A DNA stretch of 64,000 bases from IMG/VR virus record IMGVR_UViG_2061766007_000697; one strand, 5' to 3'. Made by a program: the position numbers and the translations under genes. Position 1 is the stretch's first letter. Every line of letters begins with the position of its first letter. A model generated the notes under the pieces. That model did not search any database, was not told the DNA's origin, and worked only from the letters and a program-made list of their open reading frames with translations. Source of the stretch: an uncultured virus (IMG/VR IMGVR_UViG_2061766007_000697) (Duplodnaviria > Heunggongvirae > Uroviricota > Caudoviricetes). Below, in pieces: positions 22,151 through 33,792 of the stretch.

Positions 22151-23459
22151 ATGGGTATAGATCTCGGCTTCAAACCTAAGAACTATGGACACGTGGAAGA
22201 GCTGCCAACAGATGCAGTTCTTACGCTTGCTATTCAGTTGCATGACGCACGCAAAGCTCACAGGCACAGTGATTTACGTATAGGCTCTCCGTCAGGGATG
22301 CTAAGCTGGGCGTTACCGCGTCATTTGCCAGAAAAGCCTGGTGATAAGAGGCTTGCAATACAGACACCTATTCATTCATACGACTACTCGACCAAATTTG
22401 AAGGCGAGATACCAGAAGGTAANNNNNNNNNNNNNNNNNNNNNNNAAAGAAAAGGGTCCTGTAGTTGTATTGAAGGCTGCCCCTAATCATCTTGTATTTA
22501 CCAGAGGCACAAGCCAGGATAGTCCTGTTTATTCTATGGTGAAAACCAAATCCGGTAATTGGATTGTTTCTATAAAGCAAGAAGGACAGCCAACAGCTGT
22601 AATCAGATATAAGAAGTCGCATTTCCCCTCTGTACCTATAGATAAGATAGCTGATATCATTGATCAGGGCGCAAGAGTGCGTGGAAAAATCGATGGGAGC
22701 TCAGTCCTCGCTTATCTTGGTGAGAATGGTATAAGAGCTTTTGGTACTCGTGTTGGTGCTAATGGTATGCGTCCCGAATATACTTCTGTTCTTGGTCCAG
22801 AGATCAGAAATGCCAAGGTGCCGAAAGAGCTTATAGGTAGAATGATTCGTGGTGAGCTCTATGGTGTAAGAAATGGTAAGCCTATCCATCCTAATGAGCT
22901 GTCTGGTTTGCTCCATAGTAATTTAGTCAATGCCATAGATACCAAACAGAAAAGAGGCATACATCTTCTTATAGCTGCACTGGCTGAGAATAAGAATGGT
23001 GTCGATGATTGGTATACAGGTGCAGATGATCTGGTAGCCAAACTTAACAATCCATCTATTCATGCTATGCCACCTGTCACTGGTGAAGCAGCCAAGAGAT
23101 TGGTTGATAAGATTGTAGCTGGTAAATATCCGCTTACCCATGAGGGTGCAGTTTTGAGTTTGCCAAATGGTAAGACCTATAAGAGTAAGAAGCGTGACGA
23201 CTACGATGTTATCATTAGAGACATCTTCCCGGCTGAGACTAAAGGTGAACCAAGAGCTGGTGGCTTTATGTATAGTTACCCCGGCAGTGATAAGATAGTT
23301 GGTCGCGTTGGCACGGGTTTCGATCATGCTATGCTTAAAGATATGTTAGCCAACCCTGATAAGTATATTGGCAGAGAAGCAAGGTTAGCAAGCCAAGAGC
23401 AATTTTCTAATACAGGTGCACTAAGAGCACCAAGCTTTATAGCAATGAGAGCCGACTAA
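22151..23459 (+). CDS. DNA ligase with an N-terminal LigD-type 3'-phosphoesterase domain (frame broken only at the N-gap)
   Basis: QLHDARKAHRHSDLRI, LSWALP, KRLAIQTPIHSYDY..FEGEIPEG (PE domain); KIDG, GELYG, EGAVL, KSK (NTase); GRVGTGFD..LRAPSF (OB fold). Confidence 0.85.
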
Positions 23460-23492
23460 TAAGTCGGCTTCTTTATATATACTCCTTTTGCT

Positions 23493-23506
23493 GGCATAAT
23501 ATAATG
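23493..23506 (+). promoter_or_regulatory. Recurrent promoter-like motif GGCATAATAnAATG
   Basis: Copies at 23493, 37240, 38376 and 49822; variants at 14710, 52453, 53159 and 61477; all intergenic at the start of gene runs. Confidence 0.7.
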
Positions 23507-24405
23507 AGGTGGCTACAATTTGTCACCTTGCTGTTGGCCGCAGCATATATTAACCTATTTTAGAAGGAGAGCCATTATGTCCGAATTCACCCACAACCAC
23601 AATCACATCCACATCACCACCAACCAGCCCCAATTCAAGTTCCAGCCCCCGGATTGGAACAAAATGAGCATTCGTCAGAAGATGACGTATGTTCAGAGCG
23701 AAATCAAATTCGTTTACGGGAAGCTTCAGTCGCCCAAGGCTGATGTCCAGTATTGGCGCCATCAGCTGAGTTACTTCCTGTGGCTTCCTATCAAGAATGC
23801 CTTGAATCNNNNNNNNNNNNNNNNNNNNNNNNNNNNNNNGAGTACATCAGCAAGGGCGTCAGCAAATTCCTCTTCACTCTCTGTGAAGCCAGGATTCCGC
23901 TCGAGAAAGAAGGGGCCATGGTCGCATTGAAGAAGCTCTACTGGCGCGTCACTAAGATGATCGAAGCATACGATCAGAGAGCAGTGAACAGCCTTCGCAA
24001 CAATATTGGTCTCGAGCCTGAGGCCAATATGCGAAATCTTGAATTGTTCAACCAGATTTTCGCCACCGAAATTCAAGAGCGGAAGAATAAGACCGCCTAA
24101 GCCCTGCAAGGGCTTCCAACCAGGGGCAGCTTCATAATAGAGGCTGTCCCTTATCTTTTTACTCTATAGGAGAAACAACATGGCAGACTTTAAACAAATG
24201 ATCGAAGATGTCGATAAACTCGCACACAAGGATCTAGGCACCGCGATATCTTTCAGGGATATGCTGGAGGATATAGCGTCACTTCTTAACAGTATCGAAT
24301 ACAACAGCCGTCGGAGAACCAGATGGATCGACGTGATTGTTGTTACTTTATTATTGTTGAATCTTATGACAACAGTCGCTTTATACAACTTGATCAGGTG
24401 AGTCT

Positions 24406-24693
24406 ATGCAGCAATCAAACAAATACGGTATGTCCTATGAACAGTCTGTGCGCTTTTTAAAGCAGCATCCGAATGCACTTATGTACAGAGAGGTCGAAAT
24501 AGATTTCCATGACGGTACATATGGCATTGTGAATCGTTTTATGGAAATACATAAGGACGGCAAGCTTACAGTCTCACAATTACACGCTCCTTTTGGGCCC
24601 GTCACGGATGCTGATAAAGCAGCCAAAGACTGGAAGATAAAACAACCGTGGAAAGACCCTGATGAGAATGACCAACATACTTTCATATTATGA
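24406..24693 (+). CDS. Small protein, possible divergent DUF2829/Tad2-like
   Basis: MSYEQSVRFLK...MYR...DADKAAKDWKI pattern. Confidence 0.4.
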   Translation: MQQSNKYGMSYEQSVRFLKQHPNALMYREVEIDFHDGTYGIVNRFMEIHKDGKLTVSQLHAPFGPVTDADKAAKDWKIKQPWKDPDENDQHTFIL

Positions 24694-24717
24694 CAACCTG
24701 ATACGATAGGAGTTACT

Positions 24718-25836
24718 ATGCAGTTTAAGTCTTTTCCTGAGATCGAATATGTGACACCAACTACTGTGGAGATGTGCCGTGCACAAGGGCTTGATAAAGT
24801 TCCGTGGTGTGTGACAGGCAAAATCGATGGCAGCAATTTTCAAGTTGCTATCGATGTTGATGACTCCATTCATTATGGTGGCCGTAACGGAGAACTTGGC
24901 AGATACGATGACTACAACAACTATCGCCGCGCAGTTGCTAATCAGGACCTTGAAGCTAGGGTGCGAAAGCTAAAAGAATACCTTGATGCATACGAGCTTC
25001 TCGATGTCGTGAAGGATGGCCCATATATCTTGATCTGCTACTTTGAGCTGTGCGGTGGTATCTACAGACATAAGGATGTTCCGCCTGTATCAGGGGCTAT
25101 CAAGATCCAAGGCAGAGTACAGTATCACCCTGATAACGTCGTTATCGGTCTGGATATCTTCTGGTATCAGCCCGTTACTAAAGACAGCGGATGGCTGGCA
25201 CCTGAGATAACTAATCATTATTTTGAGAAAGCTGGCTTACCCCATAGAAAGATCCTGGCGACGCTGTCCTTTGATGAGGCGATCATGTACCCGAATGATT
25301 TTGAGGATACCACTGCCAGTGAGATGTTTGGTCTGCCACAAGTAACGCCTAACATCACAGAGGGCATTGTTATCCTTCCAAAGATACCTGCAAAGTTCGC
25401 TAATGGCTCCAGGGCTATTCTAAAGAGCAAGAATCAGATCTTTTATGAACGCGGCATCAAGACCAACAGGGTGAGACATCCTTCTACGCCTATGTCCGAG
25501 CTGGACAAACAGTGGTTTGATATCTATATGTCGTTCATAACTGAATCCAGATTGATGTCGGTTATCTCGAAGATTGATGTCACGCATCTCACCAACAAGG
25601 ATTTCAGTGTTATTCTAAAGAACTTCCTTGATGATGCCGATAAGGACTTCCAGAAGGAATACGGGGGACAGATCAAGGTGCTGGAAGGAGAGAAGTCTTT
25701 GGAAGAGTTCAACTTCATGAAGGTTTTGAAAGCTGCCAAGCAGGAAGCAGCTGCAATGATCAGGCCTAAGTTCGTCGAATTCCTGCAGAAGAATAAGATG
25801 CAGAATGAGTGCACTGACCAGACAGCAGAACCATGA
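24718..25836 (+). CDS. RNA ligase, Rnl2 family
   Basis: FKSFPEIE, WCVTGKIDGSNF (motif I), ELCGG, IQGRVQYHP, EGIVI, ILKSKN..FYE, ITESRL.SVISK. Confidence 0.88.
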   Translation: MQFKSFPEIEYVTPTTVEMCRAQGLDKVPWCVTGKIDGSNFQVAIDVDDSIHYGGRNGELGRYDDYNNYRRAVANQDLEARVRKLKEYLDAYELLDVVKDGPYILICYFELCGGIYRHKDVPPVSGAIKIQGRVQYHPDNVVIGLDIFWYQPVTKDSGWLAPEITNHYFEKAGLPHRKILATLSFDEAIMYPNDFEDTTASEMFGLPQVTPNITEGIVILPKIPAKFANGSRAILKSKNQIFYERGIKTNRVRHPSTPMSELDKQWFDIYMSFITESRLMSVISKIDVTHLTNKDFSVILKNFLDDADKDFQKEYGGQIKVLEGEKSLEEFNFMKVLKAAKQEAAAMIRPKFVEFLQKNKMQNECTDQTAEP

Positions 25837-26462
25837 GAAATGGAGCTGCTGCCTATGTCATACGTACACAGGCACAGTCTTCATGCTCCGTAACGAGCTG
25901 TGGAAGTCGGTAGCTAAAGATAATGCAAACCGTGTGATCTGCTGGGATTGCTGTGAAAAGCTTCTCGGCAGATCAATTTCTTCTGCAGACCTTAGACCAG
26001 ATGTTCCCTGCAATCAAGTTTATATCAAACTACTCAAGAAATTGGAGAAATATGCAACGAAAACATAAAGCTAGAGCAGCTTATTTCAAGGACGTGCTAT
26101 ACGACCTGTACAAGCTTTTCAAGATGCACGATGCTGCTGTGCAGTTCCAATGGGCTGATGGTGTATGTAATGCAGCTTTCTTTGTTGGAGCGCCGTATAC
26201 TTCTATTTATATCACTATTGGATCACATGACGTTCTTGATCAGCAGTCTTTAAGTACCGTGTTAAAAACAATACCCAGATCACAGCAGAAACAACGAAAG
26301 TTCATTAGAGATTTTATGAACTTCTGCAAAGACTATAATCTGCATGTGACGAGAAGCGGTGTGATCTATATAAATGGGGTATGGATTACGTCTGTATTGC
26401 AACTTTCGCCTTATTACCTTTATTATGAATGGCAGCATTTTGATGCTGCATAAGGAAACAAA

Positions 26463-26711
26463 ATGACTCTGGAAGAGTTTAATAGCACACAAGGCCGCTG
26501 TCCAAAGTGCTGGAGTGATGCCATAGAAGAGGAGCATCATGATGATCCTGAAGCCGGGTTAAAGGATGTTATATTGCTGCGTCCTTATTATGATGTTTAT
26601 GGTCGTAATGTCGACGGCTTCTATGTAAATTGCATATGCACCGAGTGTGGATGCGTGTTCAGACAGCGCTATCACTTGAGATATGCAGGGCAACAGGAGA
26701 TAACCAGATGA
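26463..26711 (+). CDS. Small zinc-ribbon protein
   Basis: CPKC...CTECG. Confidence 0.65.
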   Translation: MTLEEFNSTQGRCPKCWSDAIEEEHHDDPEAGLKDVILLRPYYDVYGRNVDGFYVNCICTECGCVFRQRYHLRYAGQQEITR

Positions 26712-27949
26712 GAGACTTAATTCTTTTAAGAGGTGCTCCTGCTTCTGGAAAAACGATATGGCTTCGTGCAAATAACCTTGAGCCTTATGCTATCTCTCCT
26801 GATAGTGTAAGGCTCATGTATTCTTCACCTGTACCTGATCCCGCTACTGGAGAGATGCAGATGAATATGCGCAACGAGCAGCTTGTGTGGGACTTCATTG
26901 AAGACATCATGACACTGCGTATGCGTACTGGGCAATTCATTGTTCTTGATGCGCAGGACGTTCGTTATGACAGATGGATCAAGCTTGCCAAGCAGTTCTA
27001 TTACAACGTCTGGTACAAGCAGATCGATGCCACTAAAGATGAGTGCCTTGCACGCAACGCAGCCAGGGATCCTCTGCACAGGCTTCCAGACTATGTTATG
27101 TTACAGGCATTCATGTGGCTGGAGAACAATCCAATGCCAAGCAGTGTATGGCCTGTTACAGATTCTGTTGTAGCTGGCACTATGGAACCAACGGTTGTCG
27201 ACAAGTACAAGCGTATTCATTTCTGCGGTGATATCCATGGTAGCTACGTCCCGCTGAAACATTTCTACGATGACACAGACGGCTTCAATGAGAAAGAGCT
27301 GTTTGTGTTTGTTGGAGACTACGCAGATCGTGGTACGGCGCCTAAAGAGACGCTGGAATTGCTCATGGAACAAAGGGACAAACCCAATGTGATCTTCCTT
27401 GAGGGCAACCATCGCAGTGAGCGCATATGGGTAGACGCCTGTAAGGATGAGATCAGATCCAAAGAGTTTCTCTATCGTACCATGCCTAAACTGGATGGTA
27501 TTGATAAAAGAGCACTGAAGGAGTGGTGTCACAAATGGCAGCAGCTTGCTTATTTGCAGTACCATGGTAAACGCTATTTCGTCACCCATGCTGGTATAGG
27601 CTATATGCCAGAACACATCAGATGGATCCCAACACAGACATATGTTCGTGGTGGTGACTATGAAGAAGATGTGGAGCGTGAATGGTGTGAACAGTGTTAT
27701 GGCTCAGATCTAATTCAGGTGCATGGACATAGGAACTTCTATGGATATGATATGGAAGAAACCGATGAGAGCATCAACCTTAACAGTCCTGTTGAATTCG
27801 GAGCAGACTGGAGAGTGCTTACAGTAAGCAAGGATACTATCGAGTACCACTACTATCCGAATCCCGACCATCAACCTATTAACACAGCTCTGGCAGAATT
27901 CATGCTTGAGCCTAATAAAATCATAGGAGACGCTAATGGAACAAAATGA
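26708..27949 (+). CDS. Polynucleotide kinase / metallophosphoesterase (Pnkp-like, no ligase domain)
   Basis: P-loop GAPASGKT, SPD.VR, CLARNAAR; phosphoesterase motifs GDIHG, GDYADRG, GNH, THAG, HGH. Confidence 0.88.
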   Translation: MRDLILLRGAPASGKTIWLRANNLEPYAISPDSVRLMYSSPVPDPATGEMQMNMRNEQLVWDFIEDIMTLRMRTGQFIVLDAQDVRYDRWIKLAKQFYYNVWYKQIDATKDECLARNAARDPLHRLPDYVMLQAFMWLENNPMPSSVWPVTDSVVAGTMEPTVVDKYKRIHFCGDIHGSYVPLKHFYDDTDGFNEKELFVFVGDYADRGTAPKETLELLMEQRDKPNVIFLEGNHRSERIWVDACKDEIRSKEFLYRTMPKLDGIDKRALKEWCHKWQQLAYLQYHGKRYFVTHAGIGYMPEHIRWIPTQTYVRGGDYEEDVEREWCEQCYGSDLIQVHGHRNFYGYDMEETDESINLNSPVEFGADWRVLTVSKDTIEYHYYPNPDHQPINTALAEFMLEPNKIIGDANGTK

Positions 27950-28365
27950 TCCTGTTAATCGACCGAAGCATTATGCGGATCTNNNNNNNNNNNNNNNNNN
28001 NNNNTGCAAGGCTTCTTGGATTCGATCCGGCTAACGTGGTCAAATACTGCTGGCGGGCCGGACAGAAGGAACCGGAGAAGACGAAAGAGGATTTGCAGAA
28101 GGCTGTCAACTACCTGAACGATTGGAAAGAGCTCTATGAAATCTTGATGTATCAGGATATTGGCAACTTTGAAGCTGCTCGTGTTCTGTTTGCGCAGATA
28201 GAGCAACCGGACAATGAAAAAGATCCTGTGGCTTTCCGTAAGTGGGATATCATCAGGGCAGTCCTGGATGTTAAAGATTCGACTGACTACGAGATGACAT
28301 TCAACTACATTTACAACTGCATCAACTCATTGTGTGTAGCACTGACAGGGGAAACACTGAAATGA
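27936..28365 (+). CDS. DUF3310 (SaV-like) domain protein, gapped
   Basis: DPVNRPKHY...NVVKYCWRAGQK...EDLQKAVNYL. Confidence 0.85.
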
Positions 28366-28817
28366 CACGTACAGGCTTTATTATCTTCTGTGCATTGGTA
28401 ACATTTGCCTTGGCAACGGCAGCATACATCTGTTATCTTACTTATCAGGAAGATATGCAAGCAGCGCAACCGGTGGAGGAGCAGCAGTAATGATCGGTGT
28501 ATTTGACATCACCTTCTGCTCCAATAGAGGTTGTCCCAGGTCTAACAGTTGTGGCAGATCCATTAAGCGGCTTGATGGTCAGAAGGCTATTGTGTCTATC
28601 GCATTNNNNNNNNNNNNNNNNNNNNNNNNNNNNNNNNNNNNNNNNATAGAGAGTATCAGGTTCCTGAATGGATGGTCAAACTCGCAGAAGAGCATGAAGA
28701 GCGCTATAATGCAGAGAGCGCACGCAGACAAGAACTTGCTGATGCAGATAGTCTTGATGCAGACGACCTAGACAGAGAGGTTTGACGGATAGCACTTCTT
28801 CATAGGAGAAACTACTT

Positions 28818-29717
28818 ATGAAGAAGTGCAGGATACTTATTTTAAACGGTGGCGGATGTATGGGGGTGCTTGAAACGCATTTCCTCTCAATGCTTTCCGC
28901 TGAAAAGCAGAACCTGTATGGGATAGATCTCATAGTAGGTGCGAGCATAGGTGGAATCTTGGCTGCCGCTTATGCAGCAGGCCAGCCTTTTAAGCTTATT
29001 GATGATGCTTTTCAGAAGCGTGCAAAAGAATGCTTCACCAAGCGCTGCATGGCAAAGATAAACCCACTTGCTTGTCCTACATACAGATCTGATTGTTTGG
29101 AGACTGTTGTAAAAGCAATGGTTGGTAGTGCCAAGCTCGGAGATGTTAAAAACATTTATCCTGATCTGCACGTTGTTATCCCCTCTGTCAATCTGTCTGA
29201 CGACATCTATACACAGTTTTCTAATTTCACACATGAGTATGATGATATACCCTTGTGGAAACTTGGTATGATGACATCGGCCGCTCCTACTTACTTTGAT
29301 GGGCAAGATCTGGATGGCAAATGTTATGTCGATTCAGGCATCGTCGAATGTGACCCCTTACTTACTGCAGCTACAATGGCTAAGAAGTTTCTTGGTGTTC
29401 CTTTCATACGGCAAAAAATCCTGATGCTTGGAACAGGGATGGATAGAGATCCGACTCCGATGCCAACAAAGCGCTACAACAGTTTCAATAAGCTTGATGT
29501 GTGTACCGAGGTGTTGTCTGAATACACATGTCTGTCTAATAAACTGTTTGTTAAGCAAGTAGCTAATGGCCTTGGTCTAGGATATTTCAATTTCTGGAAC
29601 CCGGTGCAAGTTGAGGGTGATTTGGCGGATTGGAAGAGCATACCAAAATGGGTAGCCGAGGCAGACAACCATAAAGAAGAGTTCCTTAAAGTCTGGGACG
29701 AATGGATGGCTGACTAA
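28818..29717 (+). CDS. Patatin-like phospholipase
   Basis: LNGGG, GASIG nucleophile elbow, SAAPTYF, DSG in place of DGG, LGTG. Confidence 0.88.
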   Translation: MKKCRILILNGGGCMGVLETHFLSMLSAEKQNLYGIDLIVGASIGGILAAAYAAGQPFKLIDDAFQKRAKECFTKRCMAKINPLACPTYRSDCLETVVKAMVGSAKLGDVKNIYPDLHVVIPSVNLSDDIYTQFSNFTHEYDDIPLWKLGMMTSAAPTYFDGQDLDGKCYVDSGIVECDPLLTAATMAKKFLGVPFIRQKILMLGTGMDRDPTPMPTKRYNSFNKLDVCTEVLSEYTCLSNKLFVKQVANGLGLGYFNFWNPVQVEGDLADWKSIPKWVAEADNHKEEFLKVWDEWMAD

Positions 29718-29732
29718 GCCAAAGATAATATG

Positions 29733-29768
29733 CTCCCTGTGCCAGTAGGTGCAGGGAGCTTTTATTTT
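29733..29768 (+). terminator. Intrinsic terminator
   Basis: GCTCCCTG...CAGGGAGC followed by TTTTATTTT. Confidence 0.75.
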
Positions 29769-29869
29769 ACCTATAGTATAAATTTACGCTACTCTATAAA
29801 AAGAAACCCGCTGTGATGTCCGGTCACAACGGGTAATAACATTCACACTATCATTTAAGGGAACCTAGT

Positions 29870-30581
29870 ATGAACGAGCAAAGTATGGACGCAATGTCCA
29901 CCGATGCTACCAANNNNNNNNNNNNNNNNNNNNNNNNNNNNNNNNNNNNNNNNNNNNNNNNNNNNNNNNNNNNNNNNCCCTGTTGTAGGGTATGAGGGAT
30001 TATATGAGGTCAGTAATAAAGGACGTGTAAAGTCACTGCACAGCAGATGTGGTATTACTGAATATATAATGAAACTAAAGCTCACGCGCTACGGATATTA
30101 TGAGGTTAAGCTGACTAAAAACGGTAAGGGAACATCTTGGCTTGTGCATATACTTGTAGCAAAAGCCTTCCTGCATAAACCCGACGAAAAGGATCAAATA
30201 GATCACATCAATGCTATACGTACAGATAACAGGGTTGAAAATTTAAGGTGGGCAACAAGTCATGAGAATCACATAAATCCGATTACAATAGAAAACTATA
30301 AGAAAAAGTTTTCATCGGAAGAATATAGACAGCATAAGCGAGAGGACTATTATAGATCTGGGGCAAAAGAGGCCTTAGAGGCAGCGAATAATATGCGTAA
30401 GCGTCCCGTGTATTGCATAGAACTGGAGAGGCCCTTTGAGTCAGCGAGAGAAGCTGCTAGACAAACTGGGCTACAAGATAGCAACATTGCGGTCTCTTGT
30501 CGTAGGNNNNNNNNNNNNNNNNNNNNNNNNNNNNNNNNNNNNNNNNNCATTGGCGCTGGTCTACAAAGGAAGAGTTACTAG
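29870..30581 (+). CDS. Free-standing NUMOD4-HNH homing endonuclease
   Basis: PVVGYEGLYEVSNKGRVKS (NUMOD4), VHILVAKAF, IDHINAIRTDNRVENLRW (HNH), FESAREAARQ (NUMOD1). Confidence 0.92.
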
Positions 30582-30986
30582 CTTATCAGCAGACCCACAA
30601 GAACGACACCGAAAGCCCATCATAAGATGGGCTTTTTCGTATCCATGTTACTTTATCTTCAATAAACCATAAGGAGAACCAATGAACAAAGATCCTGTTT
30701 ACCCCTCCAAATTCAAGAAGCATCTGGCTTTGGAGGGCGTAGATAATATGCAGGATGCACTGAATGTGCTTTCGGTGTTCCAGTCTTGGCGTTTAGGTGA
30801 ATGCGTGCGCTCTATGGAGGAGCTCGGATTGCGTCCTGATTTGTTATCGGCAGCACTACATTATGTATTGTCGAAATACAAAGCACAAAAACCACTGTTC
30901 CGTTGCAGCGTCTGCAAGCACAACATAGGCGACATCCACTGCGACATCATGGAACGCAAATGCCACTTTGAAAGGGTTAAGCCAGA

Positions 30987-31517
30987 ATGAAATTTAAGAA
31001 GGGCGACACTGTTTACTACATCGCTGCTGATGAATCGGTTAAGCGTGCTATTATCAGTCACACGCATCCCAAGGATAAAGAATTCCCTTACGAGCTGGAT
31101 CTTCCTGTGAAGAACCGTTTCTATCCTGAGGATTGTGTATTTGCTACGATGGAGGAGGCCCATCGCGCCGTTAAGAAATCTCAGCAGGATAGAATGTCTG
31201 CTGCTATCAGAGACGGCAAAGAGCTTAACCTTAAACAGAAAATGCCCGATGCCAATAAGCTGTCCAGGTTCTTTATGCTTCCTGAAAATGAGAGGCTTGA
31301 ATTGGATAAACTCTGTCGTGCTGTGGATGATTATTGCACAGATCACAATGTCCCATATATGCTGACAGTTGTTATGGGACGTAAGAAAGCCAAAGGAGGT
31401 TCTCTGGAGCTTGTAAGGACTACTTCTTGCTTCCCTGGAGAACGCTGTCCTTATTGGATGCTTGACTTCTGGGAAGAGCAGGAAGACATTCTTGGCTTTG
31501 GGCCTGATGACGAATGA
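30987..31517 (+). CDS. SH3/KOW-like family protein
   Basis: MKFKKGDTVYYI...VFATMEEA. Confidence 0.6.
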   Translation: MKFKKGDTVYYIAADESVKRAIISHTHPKDKEFPYELDLPVKNRFYPEDCVFATMEEAHRAVKKSQQDRMSAAIRDGKELNLKQKMPDANKLSRFFMLPENERLELDKLCRAVDDYCTDHNVPYMLTVVMGRKKAKGGSLELVRTTSCFPGERCPYWMLDFWEEQEDILGFGPDDE

Positions 31518-32293
31518 TACTGTTCACACATTACGGACGCATTGGTGATCTTATATGGTCTCTGTGGTCGTGTCTTCAAAGAACTGACCATAGACCATTT
31601 GATTTCCATATGCAGACAAATGTGCCTGATGCACATGATCCAGGACACAGAAAGACCTTCATGTCCACGGCTGATGCAGAATTCCTCGCTTCTATCTTGA
31701 GAGAACAGCCTTATATAAGGAACCTCACTATAGGAGATAAGGATCCTTTACCNNNNNNNNNNNNNNNNNNTCTCAACAGATTCAGAACAACCTTTGATAT
31801 CTATCCGCATATTGAGTGCAGACATTGGTACGAGCGCTTGTTCTCATTTAAGCTGCAGGGATATGACAAAGCTATATTCATAGTACCAGAATCTGATATA
31901 GCTCCTACTGACAAATTGGCTATCTGCTTTACAGAGCGATACAAGCCTGCTATATCTCCCATGAAGCTTGAGCCCTATAAGGATAAGCTGGTCTATGTTG
32001 GGCTCAAATCAGAGTGGCAGAGGTTCTGTTTGAATTACTTCGATGTAGAGTACCATCCTGTTACAAGCATGAAAGAAATGCTGCAATACACTAAGAAGTG
32101 TTATGGTTTCGTCTGCAACATCTGTGGAAGCTTTGCAGCACATGAAGCGGCAGCTATTCCTCGCATCCTGTGCCTGCCTCCTGGTGGTGGAGACTGCAGA
32201 ACATACACACCAAACGGTGTTGGGGCCTTGGATGATCATAAACTGGTCAAGCATGTCGAAGCTTTATTATCGGGTGTCTCGCTGGCAAAATAA
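31514..32293 (+). CDS. Glycosyltransferase, GT9 (heptosyltransferase)-like
   Basis: HYGRIGDLI N-terminal motif, L.EQPYI, and C-terminal GFVCNICGSFAAHEAAAIPRI resembling the GT9 pattern. Confidence 0.6.
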   Translation: MILFTHYGRIGDLIWSLWSCLQRTDHRPFDFHMQTNVPDAHDPGHRKTFMSTADAEFLASILREQPYIRNLTIGDKDPLXXXXXXXLNRFRTTFDIYPHIECRHWYERLFSFKLQGYDKAIFIVPESDIAPTDKLAICFTERYKPAISPMKLEPYKDKLVYVGLKSEWQRFCLNYFDVEYHPVTSMKEMLQYTKKCYGFVCNICGSFAAHEAAAIPRILCLPPGGGDCRTYTPNGVGALDDHKLVKHVEALLSGVSLAK

Positions 32294-33792
32294 GTTGACA
32301 CGCTATTTAAAGCATTACAACATTTTTACACTGGAGCTGAACATGGAAGTATCAAAGAATGACACCAAAATCCTTATCTACAAAGATGGCGTGCCTGTGT
32401 GGATAACGCTTGCAGAGTTCCTTCATATGCTGGAGGAGCTGAAGAATGGCTGATCATGCCACTGTATTCTTTTGTAAAGGTTACAGTTATCTTCTGTGTT
32501 ATGACAACGATATAGAAGACCTGCCAACGCCAGCGCAAAGATTTATGCCGCACGATAGGGTTAAGCCTTTTGAGCTGACTCCATACTCTGCTGACACTAT
32601 AAACAAAATGTATGTGTTACGCATTGTCTACAAGCCTGAAGAGTCTTCGTTTGGAAGACGTCCTGATGGTATGGTGGATCGCTATGCAGTCGTGTCTTCT
32701 AATTGGCTTAAACGCATGGCTTGGCAGTTTGAAGCAGCTTTCCCTGCCGGTTTGGATGATGACCAGATATTGAAATCAGAGAATGTGGAGATCCTATATT
32801 GAAAGTTGAACAGGACATTTACTGGAGCGACGCGCATCCTACAGACTTGCAGGAAGCCCGCATGAATGAGATTACTGATGCATGCTATGAAACTTATTGC
32901 TGGGCCATTGATGCATTGGCAGCAGGTAAGTATGACATTAACGAAGCAAACCTTTATGATGTGCTAGACCATCAGATGAAGCCTGACTGGATCGAGTCCA
33001 GACCCAAGAAGGTTTGTCCGTGGACTACGATGCGATACACCATAAGGGATGCATGTCATAACTGGCTTGATGAGATGGTACTCAGGGAAAAGGATCCCGC
33101 TCATCTGGTGGAATACTTGAAGCAGAAACACAAAGACCGTCTCTATGTTCCGCATACCAGAATGAAGATCACCGACACTGTGCAGATAGAGCGCGTCTGC
33201 AGAATCAAGATAGATCCTGTTGAAATCCCTACTGCAATACATTTAGTCATTCTTCATAGGGATGGCACTAGGTGGCGAGCAGAAATCAGAGCAGCTAAGA
33301 AGCGTGAAGAGAAGCCGGTTGAATAATGCCGGCTNNNNNNNNNNNNNNNNNNNNNNNNNNNNNNNNNNNNNNNNNNNNNNAGGAGAGCCAAAAATGGATT
33401 TCAAAACCGCCAGCGTCATCGCCAAAGAGCAGGGAATGTTCATCACCACTGAGCACTTCTATCGCATTGCAGCAGCTGATGCTAAGAAGATCCCGGGAAT
33501 GATTGTGCATCTCGATGCATACCGTTTCGTAAACGGGAAGTGGAGGATGGGCAACAAAGAGTTACCAGAGTCGGCCAAGAGCACGTACACCTGGCGCGTC
33601 TGTGCCAGAGAAACATTAACATTCAATGGACACTATGTCCAGTAAGGAGACAGAAATGTTCACTATGGAAACGCATCTTGATGTGATAAACAAAGAGGTG
33701 CAAATCAACAGCATCGAGATCAATTTCTCTGATGTTGTAATTACAGTCGCCAGTGATATTTCACTGGAGACATGGAGCACGGAGGAATATGT

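Noticed and set aside
29770..30640. Second group I intron around the NUMOD4-HNH gene
   Set aside because: No interrupted gene and no P7 elements are seen; the gene is bounded by terminators, so it is free-standing.
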